From a virus, in IMG/VR virus record IMGVR_UViG_3300005573_000063, positions 1-64,000 of that record: a DNA stretch of 64,000 nt. One strand, given 5' to 3'. How positions within the stretch are numbered: the stretch's first letter is position 1; each line of letters starts with the position of its first letter. The position numbers and the translations under genes are program-made. The notes under the pieces were generated by a model, which saw nothing but the letters and a program-made list of their open reading frames with translations, did not search any database and was not told where the DNA came from. This document shows positions 40,291 to 48,739 of the stretch, piece after piece.

Positions 40291-40366
40291 TGGTCCGAAT
40301 CCTGAGAATTGAACTCAGATTAGGGTGCGTATGAAACACCTGTGGTCGCCGTCCCACCCGACTCGG
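40291..40366 (-). tRNA. tRNA-Met/Ile2(CAT)
   Basis: GGTGT-TTCATAC-GCACC; encoded CCA. Confidence 0.75.
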
Positions 40367-40501
40367 ATAAGGAACAATAATTAGGACTCAATTTTGCCGA
40401 AACCTTAACAGGTTTCAACGTCCTTAGGAACTCATAGAATCCCGAAAAATCGTAATTACCACCCTGAATACCCTTCATTTATTTCCTTCCTACTGTTTGA
40501 G

Positions 40502-40579
40502 TACCGGATATCAGAATCGAACTGATCTACGAACAAGAGTTATAAGCTCCCCGGCTGCCAACCAGGCGCCTCATCCGGC
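40502..40579 (-). tRNA. tRNA-Ile(TAT)
   Basis: GCCGGAT/ATCCGGT; GGGAG-CTTATAA-CTCTT; ATCAG-TTCGATT-CTGAT. Confidence 0.75.
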
Positions 40580-40921
40580 ATTGTTATTGGGCTTACCCCT
40601 ATCATCAAATTCAGGGTGTTCCTTCATGAACCGTAGTATAGCAAGTGCATGGAATGCAACAGCAGCCATATGAGGAGAACCTGTCTCCGGATCGAAATCC
40701 TCACCACTCATGAACAAGGCTAGATGACGCCCTAAAGCTCCCAAAGACAATGACCACTCATAGCCCTTTTCCCAATTTCTGTCGTCGTATTTGAGGGCTC
40801 CCTTTCCATATAATTCAGCTACTTCCCACAGAGCATCCCAAGGTATCAAATCAAATCTTGCTAGTTTCTGACCTTTTTGTCCACCAGTTACAGACGTTTT
40901 TCTGACTTCTTCTTTAGACAT
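40571..40921 (-). CDS. dATP/dGTP diphosphohydrolase-like (DUF5664-type) protein
   Basis: RFDLIP...GALKYDDRNWEKG...RH...DPETGSPHMA. Confidence 0.8.
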   Translation of the reverse strand: MSKEEVRKTSVTGGQKGQKLARFDLIPWDALWEVAELYGKGALKYDDRNWEKGYEWSLSLGALGRHLALFMSGEDFDPETGSPHMAAVAFHALAILRFMKEHPEFDDRGKPNNNAG

Positions 40922-41501
40922 GAATTTTTGAGTTATCCTCCTCCTGAATGATCTTCAAGAAATCTGCCCAACTATCAATTAGATAAGGATGGCCCGCTTG
41001 ATCTTTTCGTGGATAGTCTGCTCCCGGAGGAGATTTAAGAAGAAATGCCTTAGTCCCTACTGCTCTCAAGGCATCTACATTTTTAGGACGATCATCTATA
41101 AAATAATCGGTAGGAGCTGATGTTTTGTCCGATGAAATAATCAATCCTGCATGAGGAATGTCCCAATTGGAGAGCCATTCTTTAGTTGAATCTGTAACTA
41201 TCTCAGGATCACCAACTCCACGATCTGTAATAATATATAGACTATGACCCATATCGGCTAAGATATCCAGTGTCTCCACTGAATCAGGGAAGGGCTCTCC
41301 TGTCCTAAAAACTTCTCCCGCATTCACACCATCCTCAAACCACTTAAGATATTCGTCTAATTCCATCCCCCAATCCGTCTTGTAGAACTCCCAGCAGGAG
41401 GGGACTGCAGACAAAGCTAATCCACTTTTAGTGTAGATATAGTTGGCTAATGCTTCTGTGAAATTGTATACACACCCATCTAAATCAACCCCTATTCTCA
41501 T
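40914..41501 (-). CDS. HAD-family 5'(3')-deoxyribonucleotidase
   Basis: IGVDLDG, ITDR, K...FIDD. Confidence 0.8.
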   Translation of the reverse strand: MRIGVDLDGCVYNFTEALANYIYTKSGLALSAVPSCWEFYKTDWGMELDEYLKWFEDGVNAGEVFRTGEPFPDSVETLDILADMGHSLYIITDRGVGDPEIVTDSTKEWLSNWDIPHAGLIISSDKTSAPTDYFIDDRPKNVDALRAVGTKAFLLKSPPGADYPRKDQAGHPYLIDSWADFLKIIQEEDNSKIHV

Positions 41502-41509
41502 CTTCTTCC

Positions 41510-42127
41510 TTAATCTCGTGGTAATGCAGCTAGCTCGTCATCGTTTCGCACAAAGTCCACAAAATCGTAAGACCTCTTATTCATGACTCTAGCAACCTCT
41601 TCAAATGAAACAGGTCGATACCCTACAAAATCTATCGTATTATCCACTCCAACATCTACTCTGGTATTTCCTTTGTTGTTGAGGTTGTTGTGGCAGTGAC
41701 CATGCAGCATCCAAGAGCCCTTTCCCGCTCCATTCCACGAAAGAATAGGATAGTGGCATAAGACAATTTTCTGTCCATCTACCTTAATCTCGGCATACTG
41801 CCCATAGAACTCGAACAGTTTTTTGCCTTCTTCACTCTTAGCAATTTGGTCGGTTACCTTCTTATCATGGTTTCCGGAAATAAAGTGCTTTTTCCCATTC
41901 AACTGACGAAGAACTGAAAAAGTCTTTTCCTGATTCATAAAGGAGAAATCTCCTAGGTGCCATACTGTATCATCAGGCTGAACCATGCTGTTCCAATTAG
42001 CAATTAACTTCCAGTTCATTTCATCTGCATTGGCATATGGACGAAAGCAGATACGTCTCACAAATTCATGTCCGAAATGTAGTTAAAGATCTGAAGTAAA
42101 CCAAGTCATTGGTTTTCTATCAGACAT
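41510..42127 (-). CDS. Calcineurin-like phosphoesterase with in-frame TAA in motif I (recoded or pseudogene)
   Basis: MSDRKPMTWFTSDL*LHFGH, then intact HLGD, GNHD, CHYP and HGHCH motifs. Confidence 0.75.
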
Positions 42128-42232
42128 AATTCATCACTCTTCCTTTCTTTTTATTTTTAGTATTTTTCCCAGTAACAGACGTAAAATCAAGTGCCCTAAA
42201 TGAGTATCGCTAGTGAAGAATGTGCTTATACA

Positions 42233-42679
42233 TTATCCTCCTTGACAGGCTGTATCCTTTATAATTCCAGGTACCTTAGATGCTACAGCAATTTCACAGA
42301 TCAGTCTTCTATTAACTGCATCTGTCGCAATGATATGAGATATATCTTGCTGCAGAATACTCTCTGCTGTTTTAACAAGAGCAGCTTCTTTTACGGCTGC
42401 CTGCGCTGCAGTACTAGCTGAAGCTGCTGCACTTTGTTTGTCATGCGTTAGTAGTGCTTCGATGTCCTTAGAGAGTCGCAAGCGAGTTTGGCTGTTGGCA
42501 TTATTAGATAGCTCCAGTGTTTTGATATCTTTTACAATACTGTGGGTGCTATTGCTAATCGCATTTTGTCTGTTAGTTGTTTGGACTGTTTGGTAAAATG
42601 CCTGAAAAACTGCTCCCAATACAGCAAGAGTAAAAAGTAACACTGCAATTCCAATAAACCATTTTCTTAGTCTGGACAT
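42233..42679 (-). CDS. Membrane-anchored coiled-coil protein
   Basis: N-terminal TM segment, long helix, C-terminal Cys pair. Confidence 0.5.
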   Translation of the reverse strand: MSRLRKWFIGIAVLLFTLAVLGAVFQAFYQTVQTTNRQNAISNSTHSIVKDIKTLELSNNANSQTRLRLSKDIEALLTHDKQSAAASASTAAQAAVKEAALVKTAESILQQDISHIIATDAVNRRLICEIAVASKVPGIIKDTACQGG

Positions 42680-42765
42680 TTATCTTTCCTTAAGTATTTC
42701 TTTCGATACTAAATAATGCTCTCATGTCCAGATATTACATAAATGCTACTTATGATCTGTGCCGG

Positions 42766-42854
42766 TGGACGCACTGGGATTCGAACCCAGGATGGGCTTT
42801 TAAGCACTCCAGATTAAAAGTCTGGCTCAATCGACCTAGCTCTGTCATACGTCC
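42766..42854 (-). tRNA. tRNA-Lys(TTT) with long variable arm
   Basis: CCAGA-CTTTTAA-TCTGG; CTGGG-TTCGAAT-CCCAG. Confidence 0.8.
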
Positions 42855-43068
42855 ATGTTTACTTCACTCTACATCTTATTGATAATGATTGCAACCTCCT
42901 CTTCAAGATCTTCTAGTCTTTGCTCTAGATTAGCTACTCTATTTTTTAGAGCCTCAACTTCTGAAAAATCCTCTTGAGGTGTAGGAATTGACATTGGACT
43001 TGCGGGGAGATCCCACAAGCTATAGTTACTAACTCCGCTAGTTTTCATAGTAAATTCCTTTCTTTTAG

Positions 43069-43139
43069 TAGACGCACTCAGAATCAAACTGAGGAAGAGG
43101 CCGTGTAAAAGCCTTATTTTATCACTAAATTATGCGTCC
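43069..43139 (-). tRNA. tRNA-Val(TAC)
   Basis: AGGCT-TTTACAC-GGCCT; atypical T-loop TTTGATT. Confidence 0.7.
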
Positions 43140-43140
43140 A

Positions 43141-43229
43141 TGGGGTGAATAACCGGATTTGAACCGGCACGAGCATTATGCTCAATAGGGTCACAACCTA
43201 TCGCGTCTACCAATTTCGCCATATCCACC
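43141..43229 (-). tRNA. tRNA-His(GTG) with long variable arm
   Basis: G-1; ATAGG-TTGTGAC-CCTAT; GAGCA-TAA-TGCTC variable stem; CCA. Confidence 0.85.
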
Positions 43230-43234
43230 ATGTT

Positions 43235-44011
43235 TTACTTCTCCTCCAGAGTACCAGCTTCCACTGGCAGTGTCAAGAGGTACGTTGCATTATCTATATT
43301 CCCCCAAGGAATATTAGCACCCATGCCGTGCACCTTAGTAAGGTGACCATCTGGAGATACATAATCCTTGTCGTAGCGTACATGATGATGTCCGTGGAAC
43401 ATCTCATCTGGCTCACAATAATTTACAATTGCACCAATGCTTCTTCTTTGCTGCCTACTATCTAGGCTTATTTCTGGAGGCAGCCACCTATCATTGTAGC
43501 GTGGGTCTATATCAGAAATTTCTGTGAAGGGGCATTCATGTGACACGAAATAATCTACTTTTCCTGCAGACATAGAACGCTCTACATCCCCCAAAGAAAT
43601 CATTTCTTGAGGCCACCAGCTCTTACCCATAATACGACTCTCCCGATCAATAGAGACAGCTCCTCCACAAGAGAGAAATTTCTTATTACTCCAGTCCCAA
43701 GTATATCCTCGTGGCAAGTAGAACACACCAGGAGCTATCTCGAAGGTACCGTCTTCTTGAGGTGCCAATGTCCCCACAGCATCATAATTTTCGTGATTAC
43801 CCCCTAACCAATAGAGGGGAATTCCATAATTTTGTACACACTTAGACACCCATTTATGGTATGCGCCCATATGAGGCCAGTATCCAAAATCTCCTAGTTG
43901 AAGAATTACTTCAGCTTTTCTCTCGCTCGCACGCTTAAACACACGAGAGGTAAAAGAGTCGTCTCCGTGAAGATCCCCAACCATTAGGATTTTTGAATAA
44001 TTGCCTTCCAT
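43235..44011 (-). CDS. Metallophosphoesterase
   Basis: GDLHG, LGDFG, GNHE, GGAVSID, HGHHH. Confidence 0.85.
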   Translation of the reverse strand: MEGNYSKILMVGDLHGDDSFTSRVFKRASERKAEVILQLGDFGYWPHMGAYHKWVSKCVQNYGIPLYWLGGNHENYDAVGTLAPQEDGTFEIAPGVFYLPRGYTWDWSNKKFLSCGGAVSIDRESRIMGKSWWPQEMISLGDVERSMSAGKVDYFVSHECPFTEISDIDPRYNDRWLPPEISLDSRQQRRSIGAIVNYCEPDEMFHGHHHVRYDKDYVSPDGHLTKVHGMGANIPWGNIDNATYLLTLPVEAGTLEEK

Positions 44012-45321
44012 TATTCCCTTTCTCTGTGAAGAATTGCGTGGAGCCCATCAGACATATTGTCCAAGTGCTGCTTACACAGTTCTAGTATATCACTTGGAGC
44101 GCATCCTACGCAAGTCAGGGCTGCCTTTTTTAAGAGAGCCCCAGAGGCATCTGGGTAAAACCACTGTATAAGAGAAGTTGCCTGCTCCGCATCCAGGTTA
44201 GAAATCTGAAGAATCCGATCTACACGTCCAGGTCGAATCAAAGCTGGGTCTAGTGCTCCTATGTTATTCGTTGTCATGATAGTAATCATGCCATGAGGAG
44301 TGTTAATCCCATCCAGAGCGTTGAGGAGGCCCGATAGAGAAACTTTATTTCCATCATCGTCCCTTTCTGTAGCTGCATGAAAGACATCAATATCTTCCAA
44401 CAGCAGAATAGAACGAGGCTCAACATCTCCTATTAGCTTGAGAAGATCGTTGTCCTTCCCTAGATCGGCCAGTGAGAGAGCCCACAAGTCCAGATCATAT
44501 TCATGAGCTAGTCCCCAAGCCACACTGGTTTTACCTGTTCCTGGAGGACCACTGAGAAGGTAACCTCTATGCCATGGAATTGCTCGACTCACATACTTCT
44601 TCTCTTGAGAGAGAAAATGCTCTAGGTCTGTACGAATTTCGGCAAGTTGGTCTTTCTTCAAGATAACAGAGGAAAGAGGACGAGGGGGAAGGTCCGAACG
44701 AGTTTCCCACCTTCCCCACCCATCTGGAACATTTATACGAGGTCCTTTACGTGTTACATCCAAGGTCTTAGCCATTTCGAATAAAAACTCCCGAACAGCG
44801 TTCTGTCCTTCCAGAGAGGTCGTAGAGAACTTGAGCTTTTCAAAAGTTCTTTGCTTAACATCTCCCAAATTAGTGGAAGTAGATAGACCTCCTCCGATAA
44901 GGTCTTCCTTTTCGATGACTACTTGGACACTGTAACCTCCAATAGTTAGATCGAATTCTCGGTCCGAGTCGAAAAAGAATTCGACTGTGGTTTTCTTTTG
45001 ATATTCCTCTAGTCCCCACTCCTCTGGAATTTCAAGGCCAGGTGCCCGAGTCCTTTTGGAATCCGCTATCAGGTGACGAGTCTCAGATGGATTAGACTGC
45101 TTCATTAACCATGCAGCAATCGGTGGAAAGATTTCGTCATTAGTAGGAATGGAGATGGAGAACATTTTCTTCTCAGCCATACTGCTTAGGTAGGACTTCA
45201 TAATATTATATGCACCCACTCCTGCAGTAGCGTAAGTCATCCATCGAGCAATTCGAGTATTGTCCTTAACTATTCCTGAATTCCTAATTAAATTCCATGA
45301 TTGATTTATCTCTTTGTCCAT
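44011..45321 (-). CDS. BCS1-like AAA ATPase
   Basis: IPWHRGYLLSGPPGTGKTS, LLEDID, SGLLNALDG, LDPALIRPGRVD. Confidence 0.85.
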   Translation of the reverse strand: MDKEINQSWNLIRNSGIVKDNTRIARWMTYATAGVGAYNIMKSYLSSMAEKKMFSISIPTNDEIFPPIAAWLMKQSNPSETRHLIADSKRTRAPGLEIPEEWGLEEYQKKTTVEFFFDSDREFDLTIGGYSVQVVIEKEDLIGGGLSTSTNLGDVKQRTFEKLKFSTTSLEGQNAVREFLFEMAKTLDVTRKGPRINVPDGWGRWETRSDLPPRPLSSVILKKDQLAEIRTDLEHFLSQEKKYVSRAIPWHRGYLLSGPPGTGKTSVAWGLAHEYDLDLWALSLADLGKDNDLLKLIGDVEPRSILLLEDIDVFHAATERDDDGNKVSLSGLLNALDGINTPHGMITIMTTNNIGALDPALIRPGRVDRILQISNLDAEQATSLIQWFYPDASGALLKKAALTCVGCAPSDILELCKQHLDNMSDGLHAILHRERE

Positions 45322-45351
45322 TCGTATTTTCTCCTTTATCTTGTCTAACAG

Positions 45352-45428
45352 AGCCGCAAGGGGGAGTCGAACCCAAACCTTCCTCTGACTTACAGGGCCA
45401 GCGCTACATCCATATGAGCTTTTACGGC
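45352..45428 (-). tRNA. tRNA-Thr(TGT), C33 and weak T-stem
   Basis: GCCGTAA/TTGCGGC; CTGGC-CCTGTAA-GTCAG. Confidence 0.6.
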
Positions 45429-45438
45429 AGGTAGCACC

Positions 45439-45672
45439 CTACACCTCTATTGCATCCTTGTCAACCTCACTAGAAAATCGGTGAGATAATTTGCCAGCAG
45501 TTTCACGGTTAATTACAGAATGCAATAAGGGAAACATTGTTTCCATTTGCTCCTCACTTACAGTGAGTGTTTTGGCAATCATATTAGAGGGGACAACTAT
45601 CTTCGCTAACGCTTTCTGTACATTCGCTACCTCTTCACTTGAGCACTTGATTCCCAATACAGAATATCTCAT
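45439..45672 (-). CDS. Hypothetical protein
   Basis: Coupled (ATGA) to the upstream HNH gene. Confidence 0.45.
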   Translation of the reverse strand: MRYSVLGIKCSSEEVANVQKALAKIVVPSNMIAKTLTVSEEQMETMFPLLHSVINRETAGKLSHRFSSEVDKDAIEV

Positions 45673-46019
45673 TTTTCACCTTCTGTTCGTTGAATAGTGG
45701 GAACTACAATTTTGTTTTTCCCTTTATTAGGAGCGGAGTTTTCTTTTACCCACTCTATTCTTTCTTTGAGAAAATCGCTTTCGAGAAATTCTTGAAGACT
45801 TTTTGCTCCCTTTGCTGAGTTGCAAGGATGGCACGCCATCACAATATGATCCCTTAGTTCGGCTCTTTGTTCTTTAGTAAGAGTCTTACGTAAGACCGTG
45901 CGAGGGATAATATGATCTCGTGTTCTATCTTCATACCGTTCTATATATAAGTTACAATAGAAACAGTGGTCATTATTTGTTCGAATGCGAGGGTGGTAAT
46001 ATTTGTTAGAAGATGTCAT
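45669..46019 (-). CDS. HNH endonuclease
   Basis: CFYC...TRDHIIP...ACHPCNSAKG. Confidence 0.8.
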   Translation of the reverse strand: MTSSNKYYHPRIRTNNDHCFYCNLYIERYEDRTRDHIIPRTVLRKTLTKEQRAELRDHIVMACHPCNSAKGAKSLQEFLESDFLKERIEWVKENSAPNKGKNKIVVPTIQRTEGEK

Positions 46020-46021
46020 TA

Positions 46022-46210
46022 TTAGAATTTCTGAGGTATATGAGTATGAATTACTCCCGGTACAGGCTCACCTTCTGAAGCCCTTCTGTGATAATCAGAA
46101 TGTAAAACAAGTAAATGAAGTTGAGTGTTTCCGAAAGGCCAACGTGGATCGGTATTAATTACATTTCTATGCATAGAAGATAAATGCTCTCTTACTTTTT
46201 CAACCGACAT
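46022..46210 (-). CDS. Six-His family small protein (member 7)
   Basis: HLSSMH...HSDYH...HTH. Confidence 0.75.
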   Translation of the reverse strand: MSVEKVREHLSSMHRNVINTDPRWPFGNTQLHLLVLHSDYHRRASEGEPVPGVIHTHIPQKF

Positions 46211-46212
46211 CT

Positions 46213-46401
46213 CTATCTTTTCTTCTCTGGACCATGAGTATGTGCTATTACAGGTTGCACTTCTTTGTAATGTGGATTTTTATGATACTCAGTGTGTACT
46301 TTAATTAAATTGGCCAACTCACCATAAATAGGCCATTGAGGAGAAGTAGTTGGGTACCTATGAAATAAATTAAGATGCTGTTTTACACCTCTTACAGACA
46401 T
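46213..46401 (-). CDS. Six-His family small protein (member 8)
   Basis: HLNLFH...HTEYH...HTHG. Confidence 0.75.
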   Translation of the reverse strand: MSVRGVKQHLNLFHRYPTTSPQWPIYGELANLIKVHTEYHKNPHYKEVQPVIAHTHGPEKKR

Positions 46402-46607
46402 TCCCTCTCCCATTTTTTTAATCCATGTGTATGAAAGACAACCGGCTGAACAAGTGAAGGATCAAAATTCCGATTTGTTTGATTATGGTAACGACAGTGT
46501 AGAGTTATTAACTTTGTGAAAGTATAGTCGATTCCAGGCCAACCACTTTCACTCTTGGCATATCTATGGAAATCATGAAGGTGGTTTTTTATTGCCTTCA
46601 TACTCAT
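46392..46607 (-). CDS. Six-His family small protein (member 9)
   Basis: HLHDFH...HCRYH...HTHGLKKW. Confidence 0.75.
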   Translation of the reverse strand: MSMKAIKNHLHDFHRYAKSESGWPGIDYTFTKLITLHCRYHNQTNRNFDPSLVQPVVFHTHGLKKWERECL

Positions 46608-46626
46608 TTACTTCTCCTTTTCTAGA

Positions 46627-46705
46627 TGGTATGGGTGGTGGGATTCGAACCCACATCAATCCAATTATGCGCTAACACTTTAGAAGAGTGTGCCAATACA
46701 CCCAC
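46627..46705 (-). tRNA. tRNA-Arg(TCT), no D-arm, extended variable region
   Basis: GTGGGTG-TATTGGC-ACACT-CTTCTAA-AGTGT-N20-GTGGG-TTCGAAT-CCCAC-CACCCAT-ACCA. Confidence 0.7.
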
Positions 46706-46738
46706 ATGCGATACTTCTCTCACTCTACCACAGTTTCG

Positions 46739-46814
46739 AGAGTAGGACAAGATTTGAACTTGCGATTTTAACAGTTTTGCAAACTGTCCCTTTAGGCCAC
46801 TCAGGCACCTACTC
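46739..46814 (-). tRNA. tRNA-Cys(GCA)
   Basis: ACAGT-TTGCAAA-ACTGT; U73. Confidence 0.85.
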
Positions 46815-46826
46815 GTGATTTTAGTT

Positions 46827-47027
46827 TTATATTCTCCAATCTTCTCGACCATGAAAATGGGGAATTGTACCTTCTTCTTTAAAGTGATTTTGACGATTAA
46901 AAATATCATCATGGTAAAACATATGAATACGTATTAAACCCTCTACCGAGAATCTATCTGCCCAGGTAAAGGACTCTTCTTTTGTAAAAGTATGTTGGCT
47001 ATAAAGATGCCGCTTAATTTCTTTCAT
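46827..47027 (-). CDS. Six-His family small protein (member 10)
   Basis: HLYSQH...HMFYH...HFHGREDW. Confidence 0.75.
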   Translation of the reverse strand: MKEIKRHLYSQHTFTKEESFTWADRFSVEGLIRIHMFYHDDIFNRQNHFKEEGTIPHFHGREDWRI

Positions 47028-47032
47028 GCTTA

Positions 47033-47248
47033 TTAACTATTTATCTTCCACCGATCCTGTCCATGGTCATGTATGACTAGATCGCAAGAATATTTTTTCT
47101 CCCATGCTAAAGAACAATGATAGGAGATATGAAGCTTTAGCATCTTCAGACCCTCGTCATCCCCATACCTGTCACACCAATGACTATTATTATCTTTATT
47201 GAAAGTATGACACTCCTCTAAATGACGCCTTAAACCTTTCTGTCTCAT
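47033..47248 (-). CDS. Six-His family small protein (member 11)
   Basis: HLEECH...HISYH...HDHGQDRW. Confidence 0.75.
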   Translation of the reverse strand: MRQKGLRRHLEECHTFNKDNNSHWCDRYGDDEGLKMLKLHISYHCSLAWEKKYSCDLVIHDHGQDRWKINS

Positions 47249-47469
47249 CGCTTCCTCCAATTCCATAATCCATGGTCATGTAGAACTAAGTCAGGATAAA
47301 GATCAACCATCTTTATATCTAGTTGTGCATGATAAATGCAATGTTTCCTAATTAGGAAAGAATGAGCATATTCTAAAGACGCTCCATTCATCTTTGTCCA
47401 TCCCGAGGACATACTTTTTGAGTAAGTATGACAATTCTCTAAATGATCTTGCAGAGACTTCAGGCTCAC
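47245..47469 (-). CDS. Six-His family small protein (member 12)
   Basis: HLENCH...HCIYH...HDHGLWNW. Confidence 0.75.
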   Translation of the reverse strand: MSLKSLQDHLENCHTYSKSMSSGWTKMNGASLEYAHSFLIRKHCIYHAQLDIKMVDLYPDLVLHDHGLWNWRKR

Positions 47470-47654
47470 TCTATTCTCCATCTCCTTAACCCATGGTCGT
47501 GTGGTATCAAATTGGGATATATATTCCTGTTATGATAATCTCGATGCACTTCATACAACATTATAGGAGACTTACATTTCTCTATCCACTCCCAAAAGCC
47601 CGCACCATAGACATGACATCTGTAAAAATGGTTCCTAAGTCCTTCTGTACTCAC
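47466..47654 (-). CDS. Six-His family small protein (member 13)
   Basis: HFYRCH...HRDYH...HDHGLRRW. Confidence 0.75.
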   Translation of the reverse strand: MSTEGLRNHFYRCHVYGAGFWEWIEKCKSPIMLYEVHRDYHNRNIYPNLIPHDHGLRRWRIE

Positions 47655-47866
47655 TTTATCTTCCAAGTTATCTTGCCGTGGTCATGCCTCATTAGATTAG
47701 GATATTTTATATAATCTTTATTGCCAGTATGAATATGGAGATCAGCATGTAAACGACGTAGCCTATCTCCATGCCTATCATCGGCATACCCATCTAACCA
47801 ATGAATATCTTGAACAGTATAACTATGACTACTGTAAATATGCCTAATTATCCCCTTAGCACTCAC
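47651..47866 (-). CDS. Six-His family small protein (member 14)
   Basis: HIYSSH...HADLH...HDHGKITW. Confidence 0.75.
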   Translation of the reverse strand: MSAKGIIRHIYSSHSYTVQDIHWLDGYADDRHGDRLRRLHADLHIHTGNKDYIKYPNLMRHDHGKITWKIK

Positions 47867-48065
47867 TCATCCTCCACTCAATCACCCCATGATCGTGTCT
47901 GACTAAATGTGGATATTGTTGATAAACACTCTCATCTGCCATAATGTGATATTGCCGGTGGCGTTGGATCAATCTCACCAAATCCGATCCTCTTGTCCAT
48001 CCATGATTATTCCGATAGTAACTATGACAATCTTCTAAATGACTTTGAACTCCCTCTATACTCAT
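47856..48065 (-). CDS. Six-His family small protein (member 15)
   Basis: HLEDCH...HRQYH...HDHGVIEW. Confidence 0.75.
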   Translation of the reverse strand: MSIEGVQSHLEDCHSYYRNNHGWTRGSDLVRLIQRHRQYHIMADESVYQQYPHLVRHDHGVIEWRMSEC

Positions 48066-48386
48066 TTAATTCTCCATTATTGCTCTTTTACTTTTTAGTA
48101 GATGGCATCCTTACAAGAGATAAAGACCATGTTTTCCCTCCCACTATTTGGATAACCTGAGCTGCCTTTTTGTTTAAAGACATACGTGCCTTGTGTGGCA
48201 AATAAGTTTTCCAACTCATACTTTCTATACCTCCCGAATGGTGCGAGGGGAAAGAGAAACTGATCGAATGTCCGAAGGGGCTCCAAGCTCCACTCCCGTG
48301 AAAGGAGTGCGAGAATATTCTCCGTGTTTAAAAGCTACGTAAATTGCCTCAACGATCTTCTTCATATTGTCCTTTTCTGATATAGA

Positions 48387-48530
48387 GTACAGTTCTTACA
48401 CGCCTCCAGACTGTCTCTGGAGTCCCTTGGGTTAGTATGTCTACCAGAACCCTCCCCGCACCAGCTCCAGCTTAGCACAAGAGCATCCTCTTGGCAAGCG
48501 TGTTGGAGCCTACATACCTGGGAACTGTAC
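48387..48530 (-). ncRNA. Candidate structured ncRNA (~144 nt)
   Basis: Closing stem GTACAGTTC/GAACTGTAC with several nested helices; begins 3 nt after tRNA-Ser(TGA). Confidence 0.55.
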
Positions 48531-48533
48531 AAG

Positions 48534-48621
48534 CGGATGGACAGAGAGTTGAACTCTGAATCCGGGTCTTAACCGGACAACTGTTTTCAGGACAGCATAC
48601 CTTGCCAATAGCGACCCATCC
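48534..48621 (-). tRNA. tRNA-Ser(TGA), C33
   Basis: GCTGT-CCTGAAA-ACAGT; long variable arm; G73. Confidence 0.75.
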
Positions 48622-48634
48622 AAGATTTAATCAG

Positions 48635-48717
48635 CGGAATGCAGAATACTCGAAATCCATACCTAACGGTACAATTCGCTTAGCAAGCGATTCTGGTGCC
48701 TGACCAGTTTACATTCC
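48635..48717 (-). tRNA. tRNA-Ser(GCT), 8/4 fold
   Basis: 8-bp acceptor GGAATGTA/TGCATTCC; 4-bp T-stem; TCGC-TTGCTAA-GCGA. Confidence 0.75.
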
Positions 48718-48739
48718 GTGTTCTTTTAAAGAACTATTA

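Noticed and set aside
46627-46705. Possible amber suppressor (CTA anticodon) or recoded genetic code
   Set aside because: The 5-bp stem ACACT/AGTGT centres TCT in a 7-nt loop. Long genes are intact in the standard code and TAG is used as a normal stop.
46622-46912. ORFs overlapping tRNAs (also 49092..49370, 43178..43465, 55061..55264)
   Set aside because: The sequence is explained by tRNA cloverleafs.
46022-48065. Diversity-generating retroelement or integron as source of the six-His array
   Set aside because: No reverse transcriptase, integrase, TR/VR pair or attC-like repeats are seen in the window, and the copies are too diverged at nucleotide level.
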